Shown: piece after piece, positions 38,501 through 51,150 of the stretch
Layout of the letters: each line of letters opens with the position of its first letter
Numbering within the stretch: the stretch's first letter is position 1
Assembly (NCBI GenBank): GCA_023231475.1
Contig: JALJEE010000107.1
Coordinates: 1 to 64,000, forward strand
Origin: Seison nebaliae
Taxonomy: Eukaryota
Direction: 5' to 3'
DNA length: 64,000 nucleotides
The notes under the pieces: model-generated
Database searches by the model: none
Seen by the model: only the letters and a program-made list of their open reading frames with translations
Told to the model about the DNA's origin: nothing
Made by a program: the position numbers and the translations under genes

Positions 38501-39674
38501 TTGTTAATATTGATGCTATCGTTGTTGTTATTATTGATATTATTGTGCTTGTTTTTGGTATTTCTGTTGTTGCCCACTTTCTGGAGATTATATCTGTTAT
38601 TCCTCCTGTTATATTAGTAGAATTAGTAATATTGATGTTGTTATTAAATATTTGGGTAGAATTGGTGAAATGAACAAGAGATGAAGATTTCGCTAGTTTG
38701 ATAGCTTCATACGTTTCATCAAAGAAAGTTTCGTTCGTCTGCAGTATGTTCTGTTGATCCTTACTAGTGCCATGAATGACATTAAATAAATTTAATTTGA
38801 AATAATAAGTAACGAATAAAGTACTTCCAACGAAAAGTGATAAGAAAAAAAGGAATGCTAAAAGACAAATACAGCAATTATTTTTTAATGCAAAACATGA
38901 AAAAAATGAAAATGTTCTTCTTCCACTATTGTCAATAGTTCTTTTAAATGGATCGGTGGAATTGAGGTCATTCATCGAATAATCGGTAAAAGTTGAATAT
39001 TGATATAATTCTGGATATGTTCTAACACCACAAGCTGTTCGTGAAGGTCGACGCATTTTCTTATTATCATTCGTTTGAACATCATTCAATGGTTGTAAGT
39101 GAGTAGATTCGGTGAAAGGTGAAGATGTATAAAATTCACTTGAAAACGGTCGTCGATTCATTCGATCATCTTCCATATCTTTCGTATAGTTATAATAAGA
39201 ATAATCGGGCATATTATCAGTTGAAGTACCAATATTCTTCGATGAATCAATAAATGTGAACTTGTTTTGTTTATTTTCGTTTTCAATTGTCTTCCTAAAA
39301 TCTGTCTCACAAGTTCGACAGTTTTCCTTCTTCCGTTCAAAAGAACTTTCAAGATTCTTTAATGGAAATTTACGGCAGTTTAATGTTTTCAATTCATCAT
39401 CGCCTATCGTTTCCATATGTTCCAACGGACTTATTTGACTGAAACGAGTTGATTTTTGCGTTCGTCGAAGTGGTGGTCTTGCCAATTTATTCTTCAACCT
39501 TTTCAGATTATGACGTTCACTTCCTTTCCTATTCACCATATCACTCGACGAATATACTGATGATGGAAAGTTATTCGTATCTTTATTGTTCTGCTTATTC
39601 ATATCGTGGTCAATCGGGAACATACACAACTTAATTTTAGGTGGACCAACTAATCGATTTTCATCATTAAACAT
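35530..39674 (-). CDS. Type II single-pass membrane protein with a mucin-like Thr/Ser/Asn-rich ectodomain (~1357 aa); intron 37772-37842
   Basis: The two long ORFs fuse through gtttct..ttttag (FTNVE|SGDILH). One TM (ICLLAFLFFLSLFVGSTLFVTYYF) is preceded by a Cys cluster and followed by Thr-rich tracts with many NxS/T sequons. Confidence 0.8.
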
Positions 39675-41018
39675 TATCAGGAATTACTCTATTTTTGGTT
39701 AAGAGAGATAAGAATAAAAGTAAATTGTGCGTAATCATACAACGTCGTTCAAACTTATACGTCGATAATTTATTTGAATGAGATAGTGAAACAAAAATTA
39801 ATATTCCCTAAGACTTGTCAACATTTTAACATCGATTATCTAATATCTTCTCGACCACCTGTCAGTTTTCCACTTAATATTACATTCTCCCCATACTGAT
39901 AATATTTCGCAAGAACATTAATTCCCATTTTTATTCCATCCATCCAACCACTCACTCTCAATATGATGAACGTATTTTTAATTTTTCATGAAACGAAAAA
40001 TTATTTAATAGTCATTTAAATCATAATCAGATTTCCTCAATCATTCATCGATACATTAATATATTAGATAATAATTATTATCAGAATTATTATACCATTT
40101 CCCAATAGAAATAACTTTCTTTTGTTGAGGAAAACAGTATGGTTCAAACTACTGAAATTCTCCTTTAGACTGACGAATTGACTAACACACACATAACAAT
40201 TCATTCAATTCGTCATTGATATGATATTATTAAATAAAAACTATTTTTTTCATATCATAAACATCGAAAATCCCCTCATTCTTCTCTTACATAATAATTA
40301 CATGAACCGTCGAATGAGAAATGAAGTAAGTGTTATGTGATGAAATAATTGAAAATGAAAAAGATATCATTATCATCACTCTCATCCACATCATTCACTT
40401 TATACGCCAATGGAATATATGGATCCGCTTCAAAAAGAAAAAACTAGTAAAGAACTTGTACTATCGGAAATTAGCGTATGTTATGATTAATAGTACCTTC
40501 TCCTACCAAATTATCGATTGAATAGCGGAACTGATTTCTATTTACTTCGTGAGCTGCTAACATGAAATTTTAGTCGCTCTCATAATTCTCATTCCATTAT
40601 GTAATAAGTAATACTTATTCCATATTATTACCATTTGCCTTTTTTTTCCTTTTCACCGCAGACTTTCCTTTCCATATTTTGGGTCAACAAGTCACAAAAA
40701 TATTCGTTATAACCATCATATGGAAAAGGATTGGAATCCAACCAGTTATAAATATTAATAGATTCCACACATCCCCTCCATCCTCAACTTTGAGAGGAGT
40801 GTGTTAACAATTTTTTCTTAATGGAATAGATTTTATTCCTATTAGAAAATTACTCAATCAGGATATCATACAACAATAATGAGAAAGTTCAGTTGAATTT
40901 TTTTTTATAACAAATATTTTTCAACTAGCCAAATCAGATAAATCCAAAAACATTATTTAATATTCTTTTTAATTCATCCACTTTTTTCATTTTGTTCCTT
41001 TTTTCATATTAAATTTAA

Positions 41019-44000
41019 ATGAATGATTTTTATCTCGATCTTGAAAATTATCAAAGAATACGTGTCAGTTCAGCATGGCACGACGATTATCTGAGTAGAG
41101 TATTATCTAAACTTAATTCTAGTGATTCAGAATCCACGACTTATAATTTGGAAGAAAATAATCAATTAACGGAAGAAAGTTCTGAATTTAAATATGAATC
41201 CAGATTCAAAAGATTTTCCCAAAACATCTATCGGAAATTTTCCAGTTTCCCATCTAATATCAGAAAAAAACTTCATCGTAATCTGAACAATGAGAGGAAA
41301 GTAAGTCATCCATTTATCTATGTCTCATCTCGTAATCGAGAGCATTTGATGTTGAAGAAGCATTATTTGGAAACTAAAGGAAGAATGAAAGGAAGGATAA
41401 TATCTGATATAAATTTGGAAACTGATATATCTTTTTCTGATGATTCGACAAAAAACGATACTTTACCCTTTACTGATTCTCAGTCATCAGAAATTATTCA
41501 TATCAACGTCAATAAAAAGAATGATAGCTGGTGGAAAATACTTGATGATAATAACAACAATAATAAGATGATCTGTGGAGATGAAAATTTGAAAAAAGAA
41601 GAAACATGTAAAAACATTAATAATAACAATAATAACCAAAATGAGAATCAGATAAGACCGAAAGGTCATCGGAAAAGTCGCAGTATTAGATCGGACCGAC
41701 GTATCAATGAAATTGGCGGTAGTGTTGCTGAAACGGTAAGCGAAACTAGTGCATTAACAACTTTATATTCGACCGCTCCTTATACACGATCAGCAAATAG
41801 TAGAAAATCCAAGTTAAGATTTAAATATCATATGAATTCAATATTTGATAATACTTCATAGTAGAAAGAAAACAGTTAAATGGAAGAAGATTTTACACGT
41901 TCTATCAGTGCTCTTAACGTTAAGTAGTTTGATATTGAGTGTTTCAACTATAGTTAAACATGCGGCAAATAAATATAAAAACTCAAAGTATTGGGATGAA
42001 AACGCTTCAAATGTTCATTAAATATTTCACTTTATTTCTTTCTAACTCCTTCAGTATTTTGCAGTAATTTGGTTAGATCAACGTCGATCTTATATTGAAT
42101 TGATTCGATGGAAACCGATATTTCAAAATAAAGATTTTCATTCACATATCGATCGGGAGAGGGCTCTCCGCAATTGGCTCCTCAATCCGAAACCGTCAAG
42201 ATTTGTCAAAATTATTTTCAACTGCAAAATTGGTTCATGACTTTTGCTCATAAAATCTTGTCAATAAATCTCATTCGAAATTGTAGGAGACGTCCTTCGT
42301 ACCCATAAACACTTGGTCCAATTCTTTAAGGGTTATTATAATAATGTCAAAGAGTGTGTATCGTCTCTTAACAATTATATCGATCGAAATCTACGTCGTC
42401 ATAGTGATCTTAAGATCCTGTATGATAATCGGGTAGCCACATTTTACACAATGGCTTTAGATACTGAATGGTTGAAATTGTTACTAATTTCATTTTATTT
42501 TCAAAAATTTGTCATAAAACTATTGAAAGACGATCGGCTTGGTTACGAACTGAAACATTTACAATGATCAGAACGCTAGTGAAAGTTTTAGGTAAATCGG
42601 TGAACGAAATTAATCAACATACCATCGAAATTCCAGTAAACATTTTTTCATTCAACTAAATTAATTTATTGTGGTTAGGTTATTGAAATTGGTCCTTATC
42701 TTTCCTCTTTAAATGATTGGATAACTGTCAATTATAAATATGATGCTTTCAAGGAAAGAGTCAAAAGAATTCTTGAGGGATTTGCCAAATATAGTTGTCA
42801 TGAGAAAAATGAAAAAAACGCTATCGCTTGCGATGAATTATCTCATGTTGACGATACGAAAGGTTTCGATCTCATTCGAATTTTGTACAATTCAAAAAGT
42901 GTATACAATCGATGGTTGACTAAATTGTTGCATGGGAAAAATCTAAAAAATAATTTTCCACCTCCATATATCTTGCGGAAGTTATATCGATTTGAAATTT
43001 CAATAATGGAAAATTCGAAGTATTACAATGTCTTGTCAACCCAAGCTCAACAAGTTGTACTTATAAAAAATGTTGCCCCTTCGGAAAAACCTCCGAAATA
43101 TTATTATTTTGTCGAATCGTTATATGATCTACTCGATCCCCATCGCAATTTTACAAAACGCCATTTTATTTTACCCGAGAACTTACGGAAACATCCCATA
43201 ATTTTTGCAACTGCTTTTGGAATGGCAGATATCTTGAAATTAAATCATATTTCATGTTCTACACCTGAAGTTTTCATACAGGATTACCTTCTTTATCTTG
43301 CTAATCGCGAGCATAACAAGATAAATGGCGTTTTCATGTTATTCAAAAGAAAGGAATTGGTGATAAAAGATCCGTGCATATTCATAAAAAATAGTAAATA
43401 TCAAATAGAACTTAATCGGAGTTTCTTAATGAAAGAACGAAATTGTTCCGATCATAGAACAGTTAAAGTTCCGATTTATTGTCTCGCTAATTGTACATTA
43501 AAAAATTTTATATATTTCTTATAGTTTAAACTGAGAACTTATCGACATTTCTATTTAGTTCCTGATCATAATACATCAATGGAGAAATGCTGGAAAGCTG
43601 TCCATCCACATTTCTTTCCTAATTTACCAAACTTCTGTAAGATGTTCAACATGAAAAAAGAATTCAATTGCACAGGAACAATGAAGGAGAATTACGCTTA
43701 TATTGCCGACAGTTACACAACAAATAAATTAATAGTTATGATTTATTTTCAAAAGTTTCAGAATTTTAATATTTTACAATAGTTAGGAGTTAAATTCTCA
43801 GCAATAATATCGAAATTCGTTTCTATAAATTCACAAAGTGAAAACGATCTACATGTGATCTCATCAAAAGAATTGAAAATGCAAATATGGAAACAATGTT
43901 TCTCTCACGATTTCACAGGTTCGTCAAACATTAACCAATTGCTCAATCGACATTATTTAGAAAGATATGAAAATGTATTGGAAAAAAAGAAAATCATTCA

Positions 44001-44427
44001 TTTGTCATTCGGCTATTTATCTTCTTTGGACGATGCACGCTCTCGGTTATCATAATGAAGAGAGATGGAAGAAAGTTTATTTTCAGCGAAATAAAGTTTC
44101 AATTTTTTAGTAAATGATAAAATAAATATTTATTTCACAATAAATATTCAGGTAACGATTTTAAGTGGACCACTAGCAATGGACATACATGTCCAAAGAT
44201 ATTCTGGTCATTTCTTACCATTTCCAATATTTCAATCAATGACTCCACAAAAATATGTGTATGAACCAATATTCCGATTTCGCTTATTCTTCGCTCACAT
44301 ATTCTACGCATTACTAATAGCTATGCTTATCGCAATAACCATCGTTTATCTGCATGCGAGGAATGGTTATATTCCAGGATTCCCAAAAAAGAAGAAAAAG
44401 GTAAGGTTTACGGCAACGAAGAATTGA
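41019..44427 (+). CDS. Highly degenerate CD39/GDA1 (E-NTPDase)-like two-TM protein; introns 41813-41861, 42013-42054, 42233-42286, 42480-42529, 42636-42678, 43468-43524, 43735-43782, 43919-43964, 44096-44151
   Basis: Nine 42-57 nt GT-AG introns link the fragmentary ORFs into one frame with an N-proximal TM (ILHVLSVLLTLSSLILSVSTIV) and a C-terminal TM (LFFAHIFYALLIAMLIAITIVYL). NTPDase-like landmarks fall in the expected order: YFAVIW..IRW, WITVNY, KDPC, ICHSAIYLLWTMHALGY..W..VYF. Confidence 0.6.
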
Positions 44428-44758
44428 AATGGAATTGTAGATGAATCAATTATTTTTTATTGATTACTAAACCATCGTCATATTGAAATCAATAAACGAA
44501 GATATCAATTTCCTAATTAGCTTCAAATAGAATACAACTAATTAATTGGTCAAAAAAATAGGATGTTGTTTGTCAGTTAATTGATTTGTCACTAAATTGA
44601 ATTGATTATACGATCAATTTTTTCAGTTGACGATGTCACTTTTTCAATTGATTGAATCAATGTGACATTTCCCCCCTTTCCCATTTCACTATAAAAACTA
44701 AACGAAATAATCTTAAATTATCTAGTTCAATTATCATTCTACAAGAACAATCTCTAAA

Positions 44759-45403
44759 ATGAAAAATACTGTTAAAATTTATTTCCATAAAAAATGGTAT
44801 CGAATCAACAACGTAACTTCGTCAACAACTTTTCAAGATCTTCTTAATCGAGTACGACGTCATTTCTTTACGGAATGGCAACCGTATTGTTGTCATACTC
44901 ATCAAGTCTGTCAAAATGTTTCGAATTCCTTAAGAAATCGTTGTGAATTTTGTAATGGATTTTTGGAAGAAAAAGATTTCGCCATATCACTCAATGAGAA
45001 AGTTTGGAATATAGTGAGAATATCATCAATTCAAAAATTTTCATTTTATCCCTTGTCAAATTATTCTTCGAACCATATTTTCGAAAAAGCAAACATAATT
45101 ACTTCCAAAAGGAAAACCATGGAAACTCCAATAATAAAGAAGATTCAAAGGAAAAAACAATTAGCAAATGAACTCCGAATGACATCATCAATCTGTACGA
45201 ATTTGAACGATTCTCTCGTATTTACTTCAACATCAAAGAGAAAGAATTGTTCGAAAGAAGTAACAAAGAAGAAACTTTTCACTTATTCGGTCGTGAAAGA
45301 TAATCTGCGAAAAATCAATCAAATGATCCATGAAAGTGAATCCTCATGCAATTTGAATAAATGTATTTCTATTGATTCTGGTATTTATTTTGGTTTCTTG
45401 TAA
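44759..45403 (+). CDS. 214-aa protein, possibly with an N-terminal Ras-association (RASSF7-10-like) domain
   Basis: ATG-initiated ORF with a TATA-like ctataaaa about 70 bp upstream and aataaa after the stop. VKIYF..WYRINNVTSSTTFQDLL..LNEKVW loosely resembles the N-RASSF RA domain. Confidence 0.45.
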   Translation: MKNTVKIYFHKKWYRINNVTSSTTFQDLLNRVRRHFFTEWQPYCCHTHQVCQNVSNSLRNRCEFCNGFLEEKDFAISLNEKVWNIVRISSIQKFSFYPLSNYSSNHIFEKANIITSKRKTMETPIIKKIQRKKQLANELRMTSSICTNLNDSLVFTSTSKRKNCSKEVTKKKLFTYSVVKDNLRKINQMIHESESSCNLNKCISIDSGIYFGFL

Positions 45404-46468
45404 AGATGTTTTTCATCAAATAAAATTATTTTATTCTTTTTCATTTTTAATTGTAAAATGTCGGATTGTTGTTGAAACAAAGGTGCATAGAATTTTTTTT
45501 ATTTTTTTTCAATAACTTTACTAAGGTTAAATCGAAAGAAGTAAGAGGGATTACTCTTATGTGTAAGTTATAGCTAAAAGTTATTTTATTATTTTACTAC
45601 TTGAATTGGTCGTGTTGTTAAGAATGAACGTCAATATTATACTATAGTACATTATATGAAAATAAAAAAAGTTTTTCTTTGAATAAAACTTTTTTTCAGA
45701 ATTAGTTGAAATGTGTTAAACTTACAAGTATTGTGCCGATTGGCGATTTCTTTCAGCAAGAGTTTTCCTTTAACACGAATTTTTCATTAACTACTTCTTC
45801 TATTCTTATTAAATGTAAGTTTTATTGTAAGAAGTTATGCATGGGTGATCGAACTCAAAAATATTCGACTTTTCAAATCCAATTTGGAGAAATGGATTAT
45901 AACATTAATATTAGTCACCTATCGAAATTGAGAAAGAAGATGAAAGTGGTTCTTCATTCGGCAACAAAATTAATTCATTGATCGAAACATAACATTCGTT
46001 ACCATGTCAACGATTATCAATCCTTCACTTCAATATTTCATCAAAACAATAACAGCTAACTCTTATTAACAGTTAAGTAGAAAGAATTTGATGAAGTGCA
46101 TTCATATAAAAGTAACTAGTCATTCAGATTAATTAATAATTGGTGAATGATGATAATGTTTCCTCTTCGGAATTATATCCAAATAAATAAACTTTTTTCC
46201 TTCCAGATTTTTTTTTGAGATGTCCAATTGGTTTGTGTAAAATATTTGGATAATGTTTCTTTTAAGTTTTCAAATAATATGTTTTGTTTATGTCTGTACA
46301 CCCAACTGACAATTGTGAGAAAAAAACAATTAAATTTAATAGAATTTTATAAATAGTTTTTTTTTAAAGTTCACAGTTTTGGACAATGAATATTATTCCA
46401 TTAATTTCTTGTTTTTTTATTCAGATTTATTTTCCTTCACAGTTTATATTGTTGAGAGCGAGAGTATT

Positions 46469-48758
46469 ATGCAATTTATAGATGGACGAACTGGTCAAGT
46501 CATCGATCCCACTATTGTTCGCGAAACATTTGGAATCCAAGGTTAGAGTCAAAATGCTGCTATTACAAAAACGACATAACGATGAGGAAAAAGGTCAATA
46601 GACGAAGAGGACGAAGAAGAGTTGAAAGCAAATAAGGCGAATGTAGATGGTAAATCCAATATTTTAATTAGTTTCAACAAAAACAAGAAAAGGAAACGAA
46701 CATGTCTTAATTTCACTCGAAGAACAAATAGGAATAGCACTTTATTATGATTATTATTATTATTCGAGAAGGTATGAACGGAACATAAGAAACAAATAGG
46801 AAAAGAAACTTCTATGAAGTACCTAATCTTAACTAGAAATTAGAAGGCAAAAAATTTATGAACGTAAATTTTAATGATGTTTAAGAAAATTGTATAGTAC
46901 GTAATGATGAAGAATTACCTGATTGAAATAGAAGTTTCATTAAGAAGAATTAGAAATATTATGACGAATAAAATTTGTTATTTTTTTTATGGAGAAATTT
47001 TGTGTTAAGAGAACCAATTAGGTGAACATGGAATCACTTTAGAAAGAAACTTTTCAAGAGATTAATTTATTTTCTTTTAGAAATGATGAAATTCCATTAC
47101 TTTTCCTATAATTTCACTCTTTAATTATTGATGTAACAGATCCGAATACATACCAACAACAAGAACAACGACAATCATTTGCAAATAATGACCAGGCAAC
47201 AAATTATTCGCAACAACAACTACCGTATTTAGGAGAAGAGAATAATTTGCAAGTAACACAGCAACAAGGTGATTTCAATAATAATTATATTGATCAAAAA
47301 ACTGCCACCGAATATAACGATCAAATTCAAGAGAGCCAATTCATGAAAAGTGGTAATTTCGATTCGTTTAATGATCAACAATATCAGCAAAATATGGAAA
47401 ATCATCGAATAACTCCAATATCGAATGGTGATGGAAATAATCCGCAATTATATTCCCAATCTCAAACACACGAACATTATCCGCCACCTCCCCAACCGTC
47501 AAACAATTCGATTGACAATCAAATATCGGAAAAGATAACGACATATGTGAAAACGTTCGATCCGAAAGGTAAAGAAGTTGTTGAAGAACATGTCGAATAT
47601 CGACCTTTATCACCGACAACTTTAAATGTAATCAAAGAGAATCCGATGGCACAATCCAAACTTCAGAATTCTTCAATCGTCTTAGAATCCCAACAACGAA
47701 ATAATTTGAATATTGATAAAATTGATTCATATCGTCAAATATTTGATGGCCATAAAAAGACGATTAAAGAAATCGAATCAACTGATATACAACCAGCCGG
47801 TGTTCGATCCAAACATCATAATTTCAGCACACCATTCGCTGTTGGTGGTAATCTGAGCAAGAATCGACGATTGTCAGCTTATCATGACAAATTTAAAAAG
47901 AAGAATGGTCAAAAGAAAGATTTGTCATCTAATGAACAATATGATCAATATCATCAACAACAACCCCAACAACCGTCGATACCGTTTAATTATGATGAAG
48001 ATAAAACAAATATGGAAGGAGATCCATCAATTCCTTATTATGATCCGAAATCGATAACGTATGTGAAGACTGATAAGAATAGTTTGTTCATGAGACCAAA
48101 ATTAGATCCGTCAGCATTACGTATGGCTGGTGTCCAATCGGGACCTAAAATTCAAGGAGCACCATTTGCTTTAGGTGGAGCATTTCAACAATATGGTCGA
48201 GAACAAAGAAAAACAATTCCTCATCATACAGCAGGAAAACCGACAACAGGACGCATTGTTGGAGCTCCATTTGCAACTGGTCATACTTTTATGAAATATA
48301 AATTTTTAGAGAGAAATGGCAATCCATTATCGCGAAAGAATGTTATAGATCTATCACAAAAACGAGAGATCATTAATTATGATAATGAACGTCAAAAATA
48401 TTATAATGAACCTGACAAATTTAGACCAAAAGTCGTCATAGAACCAAATGAAACTAATGTCGGTGTTAAATTAACACCAAGACGGCAAAGTAATCATAAT
48501 CAATCACATTCAAATCGTTTCGATTCACAATATACATCGAATGAAGCACTGCATCAAAATCATCCAGCACAACATCAACCACCATACCAGACACAAAGTT
48601 TCAGCGATTTACCAAACAATTTTTCGAACGATAACAATAACAACAACGGAAATAATACTAAATCGTTAACGGATCAATATTTCCATTATCAGAATCAGAA
48701 GATGGCAGAATCGTATGATAAACCGTTTAATGGAAATACGAATTCCATTGTCTATTAA
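46469..48758 (+). CDS. Orphan Q/N-rich protein with three PFAxG motifs; exons 46469-46541 and 47140-48758
   Basis: MQFIDGRTGQVIDPTIVRETFGIQ splices (gttaga..aacag) in frame into the 503-aa ORF. Confidence 0.65.
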
Positions 48759-48981
48759 AATTGATTGAAACGAATTATTAATTAAACTTAATGTTCTTTC
48801 TAAAAATTAGAAATAATATATTAAATTTCTTCGATAATTTCAGTTCTTTAAAAAAAATTTCTTCGATTTAATAAAAATTTCTATTTTTTTTTATGTCAGT
48901 TTTATTTTAGGAAGGAAAACTATTTGAAGTTTTTTTTAATTATAAATCGCAAAAAAATGAAATTGTCTTTGGGGGAAATTT

Positions 48982-49377
48982 TTAGAAATCGTCATCTCCA
49001 AACATACCACCCATATCCATGTCTTCATCATCCTCTTCCTCCTCTTCTTCTTTAACTTCTTCTTTCTTTTCTGCATCGGCAGAAGGAGCGGCACCACCAG
49101 CTGAAGCAGCAGCTCCACCAGCAGATACTCCCATTGATCCGACACGTTGCATTCCTTATAAAGGGAAAAATAAAGAATTAATTAGTTTGGATTAAGCTGA
49201 AAAACCTTCAGAAATTAATTCTTCCAAATCTTTCCCGTTTAATTCATCAACAATTTTTTTGGCACATTCCTCTTCGAATGTTCCATCGATAGCTCCGATG
49301 ACTTTCTTGATATCGCCGACTTGGATGTTTGAGTTGCCACTAAGAGCTAATAACATATATGCACTGAGATATTGCAT
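48982..49377 (-). CDS. RPLP2: 60S acidic ribosomal protein P2; intron 49155-49205
   Basis: MQYLSAYMLLALSGN..DIKKVI..ELNGKDLEELISEG|MQRVGS, an Ala/Gly hinge and an acidic tail. Confidence 0.93.
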
Positions 49378-51119
49378 GATAATTTATTGAAAATATCTTT
49401 AAGAATCTATGAGATATAATGACACGATGATACAGGAAAAAATAGTTTAGTCCAGAAAAGATTCAAGATATAAAAAAGTTGAAAAGAAAAAAAATGTGAA
49501 GGAAAATCATATTAGAATAATTTTTTAAAAGCTTAAAATTGGAAAATTTATATAATTATATCCAAATCAGTTATGAAAATAGAATTTGGAAAAATAAGGA
49601 AAATTTGAATTTTCCCATCCATAAACATGCATGTAAAAGAAGCAAAAACTTAAATTCTTAACATAAGCTCAACCAAATAGAACTATTTAATTTAGGAATA
49701 TTTCAACGTCTAATACAGTGGAAAAAATAATGAAACATTAGTGAATCAGGCGATTTGTTTCCACTTTTCTAATTGGAAGTTTTAAAATAAAAAATTTTCT
49801 TAAAACTTCTTCCCAATAATGCCAACTCATTTTTTCATTATAACAACATATAAGCTTATGTCTCTCTGCTGCTTCAAATGGAGAATGTATAATGTATAAT
49901 GAAAGTAAATATAAAAGAAATTTCCCGACAATTCAATAAGTATTAATCATAATTCTTTCTCAATTCACTAACTGCAATCTTCAATTCAATGAACTTTCAT
50001 TTATTTTCTTATTCATAATAAATTTTGAGAAAATAGTTTTATGGAAAGGAAACCTACAGATTGATAAAGTTTCCTTTTCTTTATCACGGAAGGCGTATAT
50101 CGATAGTAGTAGAATTATTAAATTGTATTATCGATGATGTAGGTGGACAATCATATTTGTATTTCATCTGCTAAACATAGTGGTGGACGGATGAACATAT
50201 TCATGCTTCGGGAATAATATTTCTTTATGTATTTATGTTGCGCCTGTCTATTTATACTTGTAACTGTTGTAGATAGATCGATAGATTAATCATTATATAT
50301 TTTATTATTATAATATTCGTCTAATATGTAGGGAAGGAATGATTGTTACGGGAAGTATTTTATTCTCCTTTAGTAACTAATTGCTATATTCCTTCATTAT
50401 ATTAAAAGAAATGTTTTTATCCTCAAACATTCGCCTTCCATTTTACCTCCTCTCATTATAGCCGTAGTCAACAAATATAGCCACTGTAAAAGATAGCGAT
50501 TATTATTGTTATTAGAACAATAATTAAATTAATGGATGATTATTATATTAGAAATTCCACAAGGGAAGAAAACATTTCTCTTCATTTTAGAGAGAAAGCT
50601 CTTCTTTTCCTTTCCTTTTCCGTTCTATTCCTCCATTTTATTCAACTAGGACTGAAATTGAATCGAATTGAAGTGGACTAGAAAGAGTTGAGGCTTCCAA
50701 TTCATATTAGTTCGTTCGGAAATTTCTAAATTTCGAGTTAGCTCATTAATTCGGAGAAGAATAATTAATTGAAAACCGTTATGAACGACAATATGAAATT
50801 CTTAAGTTTACAATGCATAAATTATAAAGTGAACACTCTCGTACTAGCGAATATATGTAGAGTAGCAAGGATCATAGTTAAACTTTGATCGATTCGAATG
50901 TTTGGTGAGACGATGTATGAGTACAATTTATCATTTCCTTCATTTTCACACCACTTCTCTAACAACTTCTCAAATTATTTAAAATGAAGTTCACTTATTT
51001 ATCAACTCATATTTCCATCATCCCGCATACAAACGCAAGAATATTCTTGTAATTGGCAGAAGAAGAAAGTAGTTTTTCTTGAAAATCTAACAACTGAATA
51101 ATAGAGAGACAGAGAGAGG

Positions 51120-51150
<31 letters not shown>

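Noticed and set aside
42469..42532. Apparent in-frame TGA if the donor at 42471 is used (selenocysteine or pseudogene?)
   Set aside because: The donor at 42480 gives a typical 50-nt intron and an open frame, so no stop needs to be invoked.
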